This document shows positions 14,750 to 24,555 of a DNA stretch of 64,000 nt, piece by piece. The translations under genes and the position numbers were made by a program. The notes beneath the pieces were generated by a model. It was not told where the DNA came from and did not search any database. It saw nothing but the letters and a program-made list of their open reading frames with translations. Source of the stretch: an uncultured virus (IMG/VR IMGVR_UViG_3300030372_003518) (lineage: Duplodnaviria > Heunggongvirae > Uroviricota > Caudoviricetes); the IMG/VR virus record IMGVR_UViG_3300030372_003518, one strand, 5' to 3'. Numbering within the stretch: position 1 is the stretch's first letter; every line of letters starts with the position of its first letter.

Positions 14750-15046
14750 ATGGAACGACACGACTACGAATTAAAACAAAGAGAGGATAGCCAATACGAA
14801 GTAAAAGCTGAAAGTGTTTGTGCAACAAAATTTACTGCCAACATACTCTTTGAATACAAAGGAAAAGAATATATGGCATGGGGAATACTTGAATGGGGCG
14901 GAGAACTAGGCGATAGCTATGGAGTGGACTTAGTTAACGGGGGAGAGGTCAATGAAAGCAACCCGTTATTTGACACTCTGCACGAGATTTCTTTAGATTT
15001 GCTAGAGAATTTCAAGATTACAAGAGAGAATTTAGAGTGGGAATAG
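14750..15046 (+). CDS. hypothetical protein
   Basis: 98 aa. Confidence 0.8.
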   Translation: MERHDYELKQREDSQYEVKAESVCATKFTANILFEYKGKEYMAWGILEWGGELGDSYGVDLVNGGEVNESNPLFDTLHEISLDLLENFKITRENLEWE

Positions 15047-15107
15047 TGTTTAAACATACTCTAAATAATTAATGGATTAAATATTTTTTTTTACCAAATA
15101 TTATCCA

Positions 15108-15115
15108 TACATTTG
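15108..15115 (+). promoter_or_regulatory. -7 promoter element for the replication module
   Basis: TACATTTG in intergenic DNA. Confidence 0.6.
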
Positions 15116-15225
15116 CATATTAAAAGAATATAGAGGTTGTTGAGTCCTAACTCTCCTTTAGGGGATATGAAAACATAATTTAGAAATTAATAGGATTTCT
15201 ACCCCTCTTTTTTAAAAAATTAATA

Positions 15226-15408
15226 ATGAATTGCAAGAATTGTGAAAGTAAAAACCTAGAGACACTCCAAGATGACTATAAAGGAGAGTATGCGGTTATT
15301 ACCTATCAATGTTTAGATTGCAATTATAAAACAACCAACTATTATGACATTAAATATACCAATACTCACGCCTTTTATAAAGAGCATAAAGAGGAAAGGG
15401 TCGCATAG
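15226..15408 (+). CDS. zinc-ribbon protein
   Basis: CKNC...CLDC. Confidence 0.65.
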   Translation: MNCKNCESKNLETLQDDYKGEYAVITYQCLDCNYKTTNYYDIKYTNTHAFYKEHKEERVA

Positions 15409-15646
15409 AAAATTTATTTCCGACCGCACTTATGAGATACATAATAATATCGTCCGCTCATTACTCTCGATAAATTTAGACACCCCAATCGAAGTCCAAC
15501 GAAATTTAAGAAGACGCAAAGGGGAAAAAAATAAGTTTATAATTTGCAAAATATCAGAGGAAGATTTACATTTACTTACCGAGACTAAAAGCAAAATGAA
15601 GCTAGTCAAAAAATATAGGAGAAGATTAATTTTACTTAACACTTAG
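15344..15646 (+). CDS. basic hypothetical protein
   Basis: 100 aa; overlaps the previous ORF. Confidence 0.5.
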   Translation: MTLNIPILTPFIKSIKRKGSHRKFISDRTYEIHNNIVRSLLSINLDTPIEVQRNLRRRKGEKNKFIICKISEEDLHLLTETKSKMKLVKKYRRRLILLNT

Positions 15647-15648
15647 AT

Positions 15649-15819
15649 ATGGAAGGAATAATGGCAGAAGTATATCGACATGAAATTGGGGCTTTACGCA
15701 AAAGATGTGATGAGGTCTTAAAAGAATTAGAGATAATCCAAGAGGATTCTTTAAACTTAACCTCTAAACAAAAAGAGGTTTTAGAAAAAGCAATTAACTT
15801 ACTAAAAGAAACACAATGA
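15649..15819 (+). CDS. hypothetical protein (56 aa)
   Basis: Hand-translated MEGIMAEVYR...LLKETQ; ATGA overlap with the next ORF. Confidence 0.65.
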   Translation: MEGIMAEVYRHEIGALRKRCDEVLKELEIIQEDSLNLTSKQKEVLEKAINLLKETQ

Positions 15820-16118
15820 AAAATTATATATTCAAACAATACGCTGACAATATATGTGAGCATTTAGATATAGACACGGAAGAATTGTTTGCTAGAACGA
15901 AAAAACCGCAGGTAGTAGAGGGGAGACAGCTCTTATATTTTCTTTGTAATATAAAAAGACAAATGGGATTAACTGAGATTTCTTCTTACGCAGAGAAGTT
16001 AGGGTTAAATGAGGACGCAAGTAATGTGCGAAGAGCAATAGAAAAAGTAAAGGAGAAACTAAGTGATGACCCTGACTATGTATATATTATAAAGAAACTT
16101 GAAGAAATCCAATTATAA
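15816..16118 (+). CDS. DnaA domain IV-like HTH protein
   Basis: ARTKKPQVVEGRQLLYFLC...LTEI...DASNVRRAIEKV resembles Bac_DnaA_C. Confidence 0.6.
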   Translation: MKNYIFKQYADNICEHLDIDTEELFARTKKPQVVEGRQLLYFLCNIKRQMGLTEISSYAEKLGLNEDASNVRRAIEKVKEKLSDDPDYVYIIKKLEEIQL

Positions 16119-16500
16119 TACATTAGACGAGGTGTTTAAACAAGCTCGAAAAGAACAAGGAAGTGTAAAGCTAGACGGCTTAGGTTATGAGGCGTCAATT
16201 TTTTTAGGTGTTAAAATTTCGAGAGATAATTTAAGCGGGGAAGTTAAGATATACGACCCAATTAAAAGTATAAATTATTATGTAGAGATAGAAGAAGAGC
16301 AGTATGAATCGTTTAAACAACTTGGGTGGAGAAAAGCAGTAATAGATTTGTCTCTTTTGAAATACAAAGATAAGTTAGATAGAATTAAAGAGTCAATAGG
16401 AAGGGAGATGAATGGAAATAGAAGCCCTAAAAGATTAAGGATATTAAAAGAATCAAGAGAGCAGATTTTAAGAAAGTATTATAAGCTCTTACAAAAATAA
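16099..16500 (+). CDS. hypothetical protein
   Basis: 133 aa; start uncertain. Confidence 0.7.
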   Translation: MKKSNYNTLDEVFKQARKEQGSVKLDGLGYEASIFLGVKISRDNLSGEVKIYDPIKSINYYVEIEEEQYESFKQLGWRKAVIDLSLLKYKDKLDRIKESIGREMNGNRSPKRLRILKESREQILRKYYKLLQK

Positions 16501-16521
16501 ACAACAACTAAAACTATAATT

Positions 16522-17175
16522 ATGAATAAATCTAAAACAACAACCAAAGCAAAACTGCAAACTACTTGGGAAGTATTGTCTGCCGTAGATGTGAGTCAGC
16601 ACACCGAAAAAAAAGGTAATTTGACTTACTTGTCTTGGGCGTGGGCGTGGGCAGAGGTTAAAAAACGATTCCCTAGTGCAACCTATACTATATATAGAAA
16701 CCCTCATACCAATCAACAATGGGATTATCAAGAGGGTGTGGGGTATATGTGTTCGACTAGCGTAACAATAAAAGAAGAAACATTAGAGATGTGGCTTCCT
16801 GTTATGGACTTTAGAAATAAATCTATGCTTTCGAACGCTACGACATTTGATATAAACAAAACTTTGATGAGATGTTTAACTAAAAACTTAGCAATGTTTG
16901 GTCTTGGTCATTACATATATGCGGGAGAAGATTTGCCTAACTCTAGTGCTGATAATTTAACAACAGCACCACCCGTTGTAAAAAAGAAAGCGGTAGCTAC
17001 TAAGCCAACTAAAAAAACAATGACTGAGGAAGAGTATCCGAAGATATTAAAAGGTGCAAAGCAATACCAAAAAGAAGGATTAAAAGAAGATGAGATACTA
17101 AATAAATTATTTGAAGTTTATCTTCCTGACCAAAAGTATTTACAAAAATTAAGAAAGGACTTGTATGGAAAATAA
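16522..17175 (+). CDS. single-strand annealing protein (Sak/Rad52-like, DUF1071)
   Basis: EKKGNLTYLSWAWAW...WLPVMD...RCLTKNLAMFGLGHYIYAGEDLP. Confidence 0.9.
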   Translation: MNKSKTTTKAKLQTTWEVLSAVDVSQHTEKKGNLTYLSWAWAWAEVKKRFPSATYTIYRNPHTNQQWDYQEGVGYMCSTSVTIKEETLEMWLPVMDFRNKSMLSNATTFDINKTLMRCLTKNLAMFGLGHYIYAGEDLPNSSADNLTTAPPVVKKKAVATKPTKKTMTEEEYPKILKGAKQYQKEGLKEDEILNKLFEVYLPDQKYLQKLRKDLYGK

Positions 17176-17956
17176 AAAAATTATAGAGAAGTTAAGACAA
17201 GACAAACATTATTATGGGAAGTTTGGTCAGCAGTTTCTTTCTAACTCAGACATAAAGGTTTTAGCTAATGAGCCAAAAAGGTTTAGAGCCAAAGTAGAAA
17301 CTAACAACGCACTTGAAGAGGGCAGATACTTTCATCAGCTTATATTAGAGCCACACAAGGCAAAAGACTTTCCAATGGTTGAAGCTAGCACACGCAACTC
17401 TAAGGACTATAAAGATTATTTAGAGAAAAATAAACTAGATTTTTGTTTAAAGAAATCCGAAGCCGATTTAATAAAAGAATGTGCAGATTGGTTTATGAAT
17501 GAAGATAATAACGCTACAAAATCATTAAGAGAATTAATATTTAGCTTTGAAGCATTACACGAAGAGCCAACCATAGCTGAGCTATATGGTCATAAATTTA
17601 AAGCGAAAGCCGATGTAATATGTAAGGATATTATTATCGACCTTAAAACAACAAGTAAAAATGTTGCGAATATAAATAGATATACATTTGATGAGTATGG
17701 ATATAGCTCTCAAGCGTATGTGTATCAAAAACTTTTCGGCATGCCAATATGTTTTGTGTTTATAGGCAAAACAAAAAAATATTACGGCACAAAGCCACAA
17801 GAGTTTTATTATGATGTAGCCATCATAAATCCATCTGAGTCCACGCTACAAAACGGCGAACAAAAGGTGCAAGAAGCCCTATTAATATATGATAAATATT
17901 ATGGGGAGAATGCTGATTCTAATATAGAGGAAGCGGTAATTAAAAAAGAAGTTTAA
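17165..17956 (+). CDS. PD-(D/E)XK exonuclease (RecE/DUF3799-like)
   Basis: LSNSDIK, GRYFHQLILEP, KAKADV...IIDLKTT, QAYVY; adjacent to the SSAP. Confidence 0.85.
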   Translation: MENKKIIEKLRQDKHYYGKFGQQFLSNSDIKVLANEPKRFRAKVETNNALEEGRYFHQLILEPHKAKDFPMVEASTRNSKDYKDYLEKNKLDFCLKKSEADLIKECADWFMNEDNNATKSLRELIFSFEALHEEPTIAELYGHKFKAKADVICKDIIIDLKTTSKNVANINRYTFDEYGYSSQAYVYQKLFGMPICFVFIGKTKKYYGTKPQEFYYDVAIINPSESTLQNGEQKVQEALLIYDKYYGENADSNIEEAVIKKEV

Positions 17957-17971
17957 CATAAATTAATAACA

Positions 17972-18232
17972 ATGTCAAAGACAAGAAAAGTAGTAAGCAC
18001 TACTAATATAAGTATCAACATAGACAAGATACCAAAAGACAAAATTGTCAAAGGAGAAAAAGGAAGTTATGCAAACATAACTATACTTAACTTTGATAGT
18101 GATGACGAGTATGGTAAAAACTCTACTGCTGTCGTTTCTAAAACGAAAGAAGAAAGAGAAGGTGATACGCCTACTACCTATTTAGGAAATGGGTGGTATA
18201 ATAAGAAAGAGGAAGAAGATAATCCTTTTTAA
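17972..18232 (+). CDS. putative ssDNA-binding protein
   Basis: Acidic C-terminus EEEDNPF; follows SSAP and exonuclease. Confidence 0.55.
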   Translation: MSKTRKVVSTTNISINIDKIPKDKIVKGEKGSYANITILNFDSDDEYGKNSTAVVSKTKEEREGDTPTTYLGNGWYNKKEEEDNPF

Positions 18233-18246
18233 TTTTTAGTTTAACT

Positions 18247-18300
18247 AAAGGGGGGAAGTGGTTTATAAGTTAGTTTTCATATTGTAACCCCCCTTTTTTT
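18247..18300 (+). terminator. putative terminator
   Basis: AAAGGGGGG...CCCCCCTTTTTTT with a large loop. Confidence 0.45.
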
Positions 18301-18309
18301 TATTTATCA

Positions 18310-20733
18310 TTGGAGACACAAGTAACAATTTTTCAGAACATTAAGACAACCGATACACCTTTTTATAAGAGTGTATTATATATACTGAATAGGATAAAAG
18401 AGGGTAGGTCTAAAGATTTAGTTAAAAAAATAAGGAATGAAAAAGATAAGACCCAACGAAATGAGTTGAAAAAAAGTTTACCGGCTATTTGTTTTTCAGG
18501 TAAGTTTAAAAAAAGAGCGGACACTTCTATAGAAGAGCATAGCGGATTAATATGCTTAGATTTTGACGGGTATAAAAAGAAAAAAGATTTACTTGAAGAC
18601 AAAGAGAATTTTCAAAAAAATAAATTTGTGTTTTCCGTTTTTGTTTCGCCATCAGGGAATGGATTAAAAGTATTAGTAAAAATTCCCCACGATATAGAAA
18701 ACCATACTAAATATTTTAATTCTCTAAAGAAAGAATTTAATTCTATTTACTTTGATACTACCACAAAAAACATTTCAAGAGTTTGTTATGAGAGCTATGA
18801 CCCTTTGCTTTTTGTAAATGAAACTTCTTCAGTATGGGAAGAAATAGAAGAGGAAGAGTATAAAGAAAAAAGCACTATAAAAGATACCCCAATATTAAAA
18901 ATACAAGATGAAAATAAAATTGTAGACATATTAGTTAAATGGTGGAAAGAGAAGTACCCCATGACAGAGGGACAGCGAAATCATCATGTATATATTCTAG
19001 CAATGGCGTTTAATGATTTTGGAATAGGAAAAAATTTAGCTTCATTTATATGTAATCAGTATTCATCGCAAGACTTTTCTCAAAAAGAAATTGAAACAAC
19101 AATAAACTCAGCGTATAGTAATACACAAAATTTTAATACTAAATTTTACGAAGATAGCGAAACAATAAATGAAATAAAGCAAAGACTAAAAAGAGGGGAG
19201 ACTAAAAAGCAAATAAAAAAAGATTTAAAAAAAGGGGAACTAGACGGAGAGACAATTGATTCGGTAGTGGAAAAAGCAGATGAGGACGGAGACCTAAAGT
19301 TTTGGTTTAAAAATGAAAAAGGTACAATTAAAATTATACCCATCCTGTTTAAACAATACCTAGAGGATAATGGTTTTTATAAATATTGCCCTGAAGCAAG
19401 TAAGAACTATGTGTTTGTAAAAGTAACAAACAACTTAATAGACCATACAAGTGAAAAAGAAATAAAAGACTATGTTTTAGACCACCTGTATTCATTTGAA
19501 GATGTATCAATATATAATTACTTTGCAGACCAAACTAGGCTATTTAGAGAGGAATTTTTAACTCTTTTGTCTACTATTGATATATATTTTATCGCTGACA
19601 CTAATAATTCCTCTTATTTATATTATAGAAATTGTGCTGTTCAAGTAACAAAGAACGAGGTAAGAGCAATAGACTATGTAGATTTAGGTGGGTATGTGTG
19701 GAAAGACCATGTGATAGATAGAGTGTATAAAGAATGTGAGATAATTGAGTGCGATTATAGTAAGTTTATAAGAAATATATGTGCACAAGATGATACCCGT
19801 GTAACCTCTATGGAGTCAACTATAGGTTTTTTAATGCACGCACACAAGAATTTATCTTATTGCCCAGCAGTTATTTTAAACGATGAAGTTATCTCAGACA
19901 ATCCTGAAGGTGGAACGGGAAAAGGAATATTTATGAACGCACTTTCTCATTTAAAAAAATTAGTAACCATAGACGGAAAAGCATTTACTTTCGAAAGAGC
20001 GTTTGCTTATCAATTAGTTTCTGCCGACACTCAAATACTCTGCTTTGATGATGTTAAAAAATATTTTGATTTCGAAAGATTGTTTAGTGTGGTTACAGAG
20101 GGGCTAACATTGGAAAAGAAAAATAAAGACGCTATTAAAATTCCCTTTCATAAATCTCCAAAGATTGCTATAACAACTAACTATGCTATTAAAGGAGCGG
20201 GAAATTCTTTTGCGAGAAGAAAGTGGGAGTTAGAGTTACATCAGCACTATACAAAAAAATATACACCACAAGATGAATTTGGTAGATTATTCTTTGGTGA
20301 TTGGGATGACGATGAGTGGTGTGTGTTTGATAATTATATGATAGGTTGCTTACAATTATATCTAAAACAAGGATTGATACAAAGCGAGTTTGTTAATTTA
20401 AAGATAAGACAACTATCCGCAGAGACATCTCACGATTTTATAGAATGGTGTGGGTTATTAGAAGGAGGAGAGCCAAATCAAAAATTAGAACCTGAGATGA
20501 GGATATATAAAAACGAAATGTATTTTGATTTTATTAATGAATACCCTGATTACGCACCTAAATCCAAAATGACTATCAGTAGAATTAGGTTTTATAAATG
20601 GCTACACTCTTATTGTATTTACAAGACAGGTCAGCCAGCTTTAGAGGGAAGGGATACAACAGGAAGGTGGTTTACTATTACATACAAGGATGAGGAGGAG
20701 CAAGAAATAAGCCAAGAGGAAATGCCGTTTTAA
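18310..20733 (+). CDS. primase-helicase (BT4734/VirE_N-like primase, PriCT, SF3 helicase)
   Basis: LPAICFSG...HSGLICLDFD...SPSGNGLK; EGQRNH; Walker A GGTGKG; FDD; ITTN. Confidence 0.88.
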   Translation: METQVTIFQNIKTTDTPFYKSVLYILNRIKEGRSKDLVKKIRNEKDKTQRNELKKSLPAICFSGKFKKRADTSIEEHSGLICLDFDGYKKKKDLLEDKENFQKNKFVFSVFVSPSGNGLKVLVKIPHDIENHTKYFNSLKKEFNSIYFDTTTKNISRVCYESYDPLLFVNETSSVWEEIEEEEYKEKSTIKDTPILKIQDENKIVDILVKWWKEKYPMTEGQRNHHVYILAMAFNDFGIGKNLASFICNQYSSQDFSQKEIETTINSAYSNTQNFNTKFYEDSETINEIKQRLKRGETKKQIKKDLKKGELDGETIDSVVEKADEDGDLKFWFKNEKGTIKIIPILFKQYLEDNGFYKYCPEASKNYVFVKVTNNLIDHTSEKEIKDYVLDHLYSFEDVSIYNYFADQTRLFREEFLTLLSTIDIYFIADTNNSSYLYYRNCAVQVTKNEVRAIDYVDLGGYVWKDHVIDRVYKECEIIECDYSKFIRNICAQDDTRVTSMESTIGFLMHAHKNLSYCPAVILNDEVISDNPEGGTGKGIFMNALSHLKKLVTIDGKAFTFERAFAYQLVSADTQILCFDDVKKYFDFERLFSVVTEGLTLEKKNKDAIKIPFHKSPKIAITTNYAIKGAGNSFARRKWELELHQHYTKKYTPQDEFGRLFFGDWDDDEWCVFDNYMIGCLQLYLKQGLIQSEFVNLKIRQLSAETSHDFIEWCGLLEGGEPNQKLEPEMRIYKNEMYFDFINEYPDYAPKSKMTISRIRFYKWLHSYCIYKTGQPALEGRDTTGRWFTITYKDEEEQEISQEEMPF

Positions 20734-20808
20734 AGGAGTGTCTAGGTATTAAGAGGCAAGAGAAAGTCTCTTAGAACGCTTCCTACGAGGTCAAATTTTA
20801 AAAAATAT

Positions 20809-22035
20809 ATGAAATTTAGAGAATATCAAGTAAAAATTATAAAAAATGCAGTCAGCGTTCTTAATCGTTATAGGTTCGTATATCTTTCTATGCAGGTTAG
20901 AACAGGTAAAACTTTAACAGCCATGGGGGTGGCTCAAAAACTAAAGATTAAGCGTATGCTTTTTGTAACAAAGAAAAAAGCTATCTCCTCTATAGAACTA
21001 GACTACACGAAACTCAATCCTAAATATGAGTTAGTTGTTATTAATTACGAAAGTCTACACAAGATTGAAGGGAAATTTGATTTTATAGTGTTAGATGAAG
21101 CTCATAGTATGGGGGCTTATCCTAAACCTAGTAAAAGAACTAAAATGGTTAAAGATATTATATCTAAAAACAAACCTTATGTAGTTTTAATGTCAGGGAC
21201 TCCTTCTCCTGAATCATTTAGTCAGCTTTATCATCAGGTGTATGGATGTCCTCATAATCCTTTTAATGTATTCACTAACTTTTATTCATTCGCTAGGGTG
21301 TATGTAGATGTAATGCCTGTGAAGATTGGGAGCTTGACTCATAATGATTATTCGCACGGAAAAGAATCTATATTGCACGCACTACAACCCTATATGATTT
21401 CCTATACTCAAAAAGAAGCGGGCTTTAAAGTAGAAACAATAGAGCAAATTAAGAAAGTAAAGATGAGTGATTTAACTTATGATATAATTAAAAAGTTAAA
21501 AAAAGATAAAGTGTTTGAAGGGAGAGAAGAAGTAATATTGGCAGACACAGGAGTAAAGTTAATGTCTAAAATTCATCAGTTATGTTCAGGCACTATAATT
21601 TTTGAAAGCCATAAAGCCCAAGTGATAGACCATACCAAAGCCAATTATATAGCTTCAGAGTTTAAGAATAAAAAGGTGGGTATTTTTTATAAGTTTACCG
21701 CAGAGTATAAAGCTCTAAAGGATATCTATGGAGACAAACTCACTAATGATATCCAAGAGTTTAAAGAAAGCGATAAGTCTATAGCGTTGCAAATTGTGAG
21801 CGGAAGAGAGGGGATAAGTTTAAAGGAAGCAGAATGCTTAATCTATTATAATATTGATTTTAGTGCATTAAGTTATTGGCAATCTCGTGATAGAATGACA
21901 ACCAAAGACACTAAAAGAAATAAAGTATATTGGATATTTGCTGAGAAGGGAATAGAAGACAAAATATATAAAGCTGTATCAAAGAAAAAAGACTACACTT
22001 TACGCCACTTTAAAAAAGATTTACTAAGTTTATAA
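20809..22035 (+). CDS. SF2 (SNF2-like) helicase
   Basis: FREYQ, RTGKT, DEAH, SGTP and QSRDR motifs. Confidence 0.88.
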   Translation: MKFREYQVKIIKNAVSVLNRYRFVYLSMQVRTGKTLTAMGVAQKLKIKRMLFVTKKKAISSIELDYTKLNPKYELVVINYESLHKIEGKFDFIVLDEAHSMGAYPKPSKRTKMVKDIISKNKPYVVLMSGTPSPESFSQLYHQVYGCPHNPFNVFTNFYSFARVYVDVMPVKIGSLTHNDYSHGKESILHALQPYMISYTQKEAGFKVETIEQIKKVKMSDLTYDIIKKLKKDKVFEGREEVILADTGVKLMSKIHQLCSGTIIFESHKAQVIDHTKANYIASEFKNKKVGIFYKFTAEYKALKDIYGDKLTNDIQEFKESDKSIALQIVSGREGISLKEAECLIYYNIDFSALSYWQSRDRMTTKDTKRNKVYWIFAEKGIEDKIYKAVSKKKDYTLRHFKKDLLSL

Positions 22036-22037
22036 TT

Positions 22038-22259
22038 ATGAAAGAACAAAAATTAATAGAGATGATGAACAAGCTTAACAAGCTTGACGAAATCATGCAA
22101 CAAGTAATACAGGAAATGTACAACCTAAAAAACCTATCAGTAGGAACATTAGAAACAATCAAAAGAATGCCTCAGTACGATAAAGCTTTAGATAAGCTAA
22201 AAAAAGAATCAGAAAAACAAAAAAAAGAAGCAACTAAAACAACTAAAGATGATAAATAA
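22038..22259 (+). CDS. coiled-coil hypothetical protein
   Basis: 73 aa. Confidence 0.7.
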   Translation: MKEQKLIEMMNKLNKLDEIMQQVIQEMYNLKNLSVGTLETIKRMPQYDKALDKLKKESEKQKKEATKTTKDDK

Positions 22260-22386
22260 AAACGAATTACTCTCCGTGTGCTGTGGTTTTCATCCCACTG
22301 GAGAAATCGATAAGTATAACACAGGAAGATGTTCTAACTGTCACGAGGGCTCAAGTTTTGAAATTATAAATGATTAAATTTGTATA

Positions 22387-22626
22387 ATGACCGAACAACA
22401 AATTCAAAAAAAGAAAATTGATGAGTTAGAAATGTTAGGTTATTATGTGATAAAATTAATTAAGACAAACAAAAATGGTATCCCTGATTTAGTTGCTCTG
22501 CATCCGACCGAGGGGGTGAAGTTTTACGAGGTTAAAACTCCAAAAGGAAAAGTATCTGCCCTTCAAGAATACCGTATAAAAGAATTAAAAGAATATGGAT
22601 ATACCACGCAAATTATCAGGGAATGA
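22387..22626 (+). CDS. VRR-NUC nuclease
   Basis: EQQIQ...GIPDL...FYEVKTPKGKVSALQ. Confidence 0.88.
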   Translation: MTEQQIQKKKIDELEMLGYYVIKLIKTNKNGIPDLVALHPTEGVKFYEVKTPKGKVSALQEYRIKELKEYGYTTQIIRE

Positions 22627-22969
22627 ATATTACTACGAAATGGAGGAAACTTTTTTAGAAGAACTAGAGCTATTACCTCCTATATATAGTGCGGCTATAA
22701 TAATGAAACTCGATATGTTAGCCACGCAGATATACAAAGAGAATAGAGAGTCTAAAAATTTTAAAAGATTTGGTCTGGTGGCTGGTGTAATAACTAAACG
22801 AGACCCTTTATATTTTAGCGTAGAATTTTTAAACTCTAAGTCTATGCACCCTTTATTTTATAAATTTGAAATAATTGATGTAGATGATTACCTAGATTAT
22901 ATTAACTTAAATCAAACTATTGACCATGGAAATGATACAAATCCAAAAACTATTAATAAAACTATTTGA
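22595..22969 (+). CDS. hypothetical protein
   Basis: 124 aa. Confidence 0.65.
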   Translation: MDIPRKLSGNEYYYEMEETFLEELELLPPIYSAAIIMKLDMLATQIYKENRESKNFKRFGLVAGVITKRDPLYFSVEFLNSKSMHPLFYKFEIIDVDDYLDYINLNQTIDHGNDTNPKTINKTI

Positions 22970-23327
22970 GAATGACTTTACTTTGCCGGGCAGAGACAGA
23001 AATAATGTTTATCAGCGTGCGGTATATTATAAGTTATGTCGTGATTTTACCCGCTCTTCCACTATAGATATAGGCAAATCAATTAGACGTGACCATGCTA
23101 CTGTCTTACATGGGTTAAAACTTTTTTTAAACCTTACATTGTGGAAAGAGGATAAATACCTCGAAGTATACAGTGAAGCAAGAGATAAAATTACAGACCA
23201 GCTCACTAAAACAAACGGATATTTACGTAAAACCTACAAACAAAAATACCAACAGCTTCTGTTTAAACATATTCTTCTTAAAGAAAAACACGCTAAATTA
23301 AAAACAAGATTAGAAAAAATTACTTAA
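22927..23327 (+). CDS. DnaA domain IV-like HTH protein
   Basis: RDRNNVYQRAVYYKLCR...IGKSIRRDHATVLHG (RDHTTV signature); start uncertain. Confidence 0.75.
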
Positions 23328-23350
23328 CTTTAGAGTAAGGATTATTATAT

Positions 23351-23578
23351 ATGTCTTACACTTATGATGATATAGACAAGATTATGGAGTTCACAAGCTG
23401 GACAAACTCTAAAAAGATTGATAAACTTTTAGAGATAGATGCTGACTTGTATTGTAATCTAGGAAGTGAATCAAGTAAGACAGAAGTTGAAAACGTCAAG
23501 CGACAGTCAAGGAAGATTTATAGAGCAATAAAAAAAATAGATAGTTATCAGGGAGGTCTTTTGTTAAGAGAACAATAA
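23351..23578 (+). CDS. hypothetical protein
   Basis: 75 aa. Confidence 0.75.
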   Translation: MSYTYDDIDKIMEFTSWTNSKKIDKLLEIDADLYCNLGSESSKTEVENVKRQSRKIYRAIKKIDSYQGGLLLREQ

Positions 23579-23588
23579 ACCGAATGGT

Positions 23589-23777
23589 ATGCACATAACG
23601 CCTATAGAAAAGAAACGCATCCAGAATATTAACTTCATAATGGATGACATTCACGACTCCGTTAGTAATATATACGAAAGTTTAGTAGACCAAGACTACG
23701 ACTCCACAAGAGAGTCGATTATATCTCTTAACCACAAACTTAAAAGTATTAACGAATCAATAAGCCATGACATATAG
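23589..23777 (+). CDS. hypothetical protein
   Basis: 62 aa. Confidence 0.7.
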   Translation: MHITPIEKKRIQNINFIMDDIHDSVSNIYESLVDQDYDSTRESIISLNHKLKSINESISHDI

Positions 23778-24486
23778 TGACTTTAGACCACGGCTTAGGG
23801 GTAATAGAAAAGCCGCTTATGAAAATATAACTAAAAATGAGAAAAGAATTTTAGTTGTCGGAGACCTACACGCTCCCTTTACATTACCTAATTATTTAGA
23901 TTTCTGCATAGATGTATATGCTAAATACAACTGTAATCAAGTAATTTTTATTGGAGACATTATTGATAACCACTACTCCAGCTTTCACACAACAGACCCT
24001 GACGGATTAGGAGGAGGTGATGAGTTAGATTTAGCAGTAGAGGATGTGGCTAGATGGTACAGTCAATTCCCTGTGGCTGATGTGATGATTGGTAATCACG
24101 ATAGGATGATAATGCGTAGAGCTTTTGATTCTCAAATACCTCAGAGATGGATTAAAAGTTATAATGACGTCTTAGGAACACCGGATTGGAACTGGCTAGA
24201 AAATGTAGTATATGATGATGTGCTTTACGAGCATGGAGAGGGTGGTCAAGCGGCTACGAAAGCTCGCAACAACATGATGTCTTCTGTTTGTGGACACACA
24301 CACACCTCTGCTTATGTGCAGTGGTATGTAGGGAAAAGGTTTAGAGTATTTGGTATGCAGGTAGGATGTGGAATAGACGCTAAAAGCTATGCTGCTGCAT
24401 ACGCTAAAAACTTTAAGAGACAAGCTATAGGATGTGGTGTTGTTATAGGGGGGCACACGGCAATTAACTGTTTAATGCACTTATAA
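23767..24486 (+). CDS. calcineurin-like metallophosphoesterase
   Basis: GDLH, GDIID, GNHD, HG and GHTH motifs. Confidence 0.92.
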   Translation: MTYSDFRPRLRGNRKAAYENITKNEKRILVVGDLHAPFTLPNYLDFCIDVYAKYNCNQVIFIGDIIDNHYSSFHTTDPDGLGGGDELDLAVEDVARWYSQFPVADVMIGNHDRMIMRRAFDSQIPQRWIKSYNDVLGTPDWNWLENVVYDDVLYEHGEGGQAATKARNNMMSSVCGHTHTSAYVQWYVGKRFRVFGMQVGCGIDAKSYAAAYAKNFKRQAIGCGVVIGGHTAINCLMHL

Positions 24487-24555
24487 TGTTTAATACTGAT
24501 AATCCTCAACAGGACTTTTTTGTAGTAATTATATTGAATTTTTTAATATTATACG

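Noticed and set aside
15705..15730. GTGATGAGGTCTTA resembling the HH1 core
   Set aside because: It lies in a CDS, the first core C is missing and there is no GACC-GAAA partner
12296..24456. Minus-strand ORFs in the early and replication region (12296, 15430, 15636, 16489, 17582, 18363, 19146, 24196)
   Set aside because: Antisense to coherent plus-strand operons
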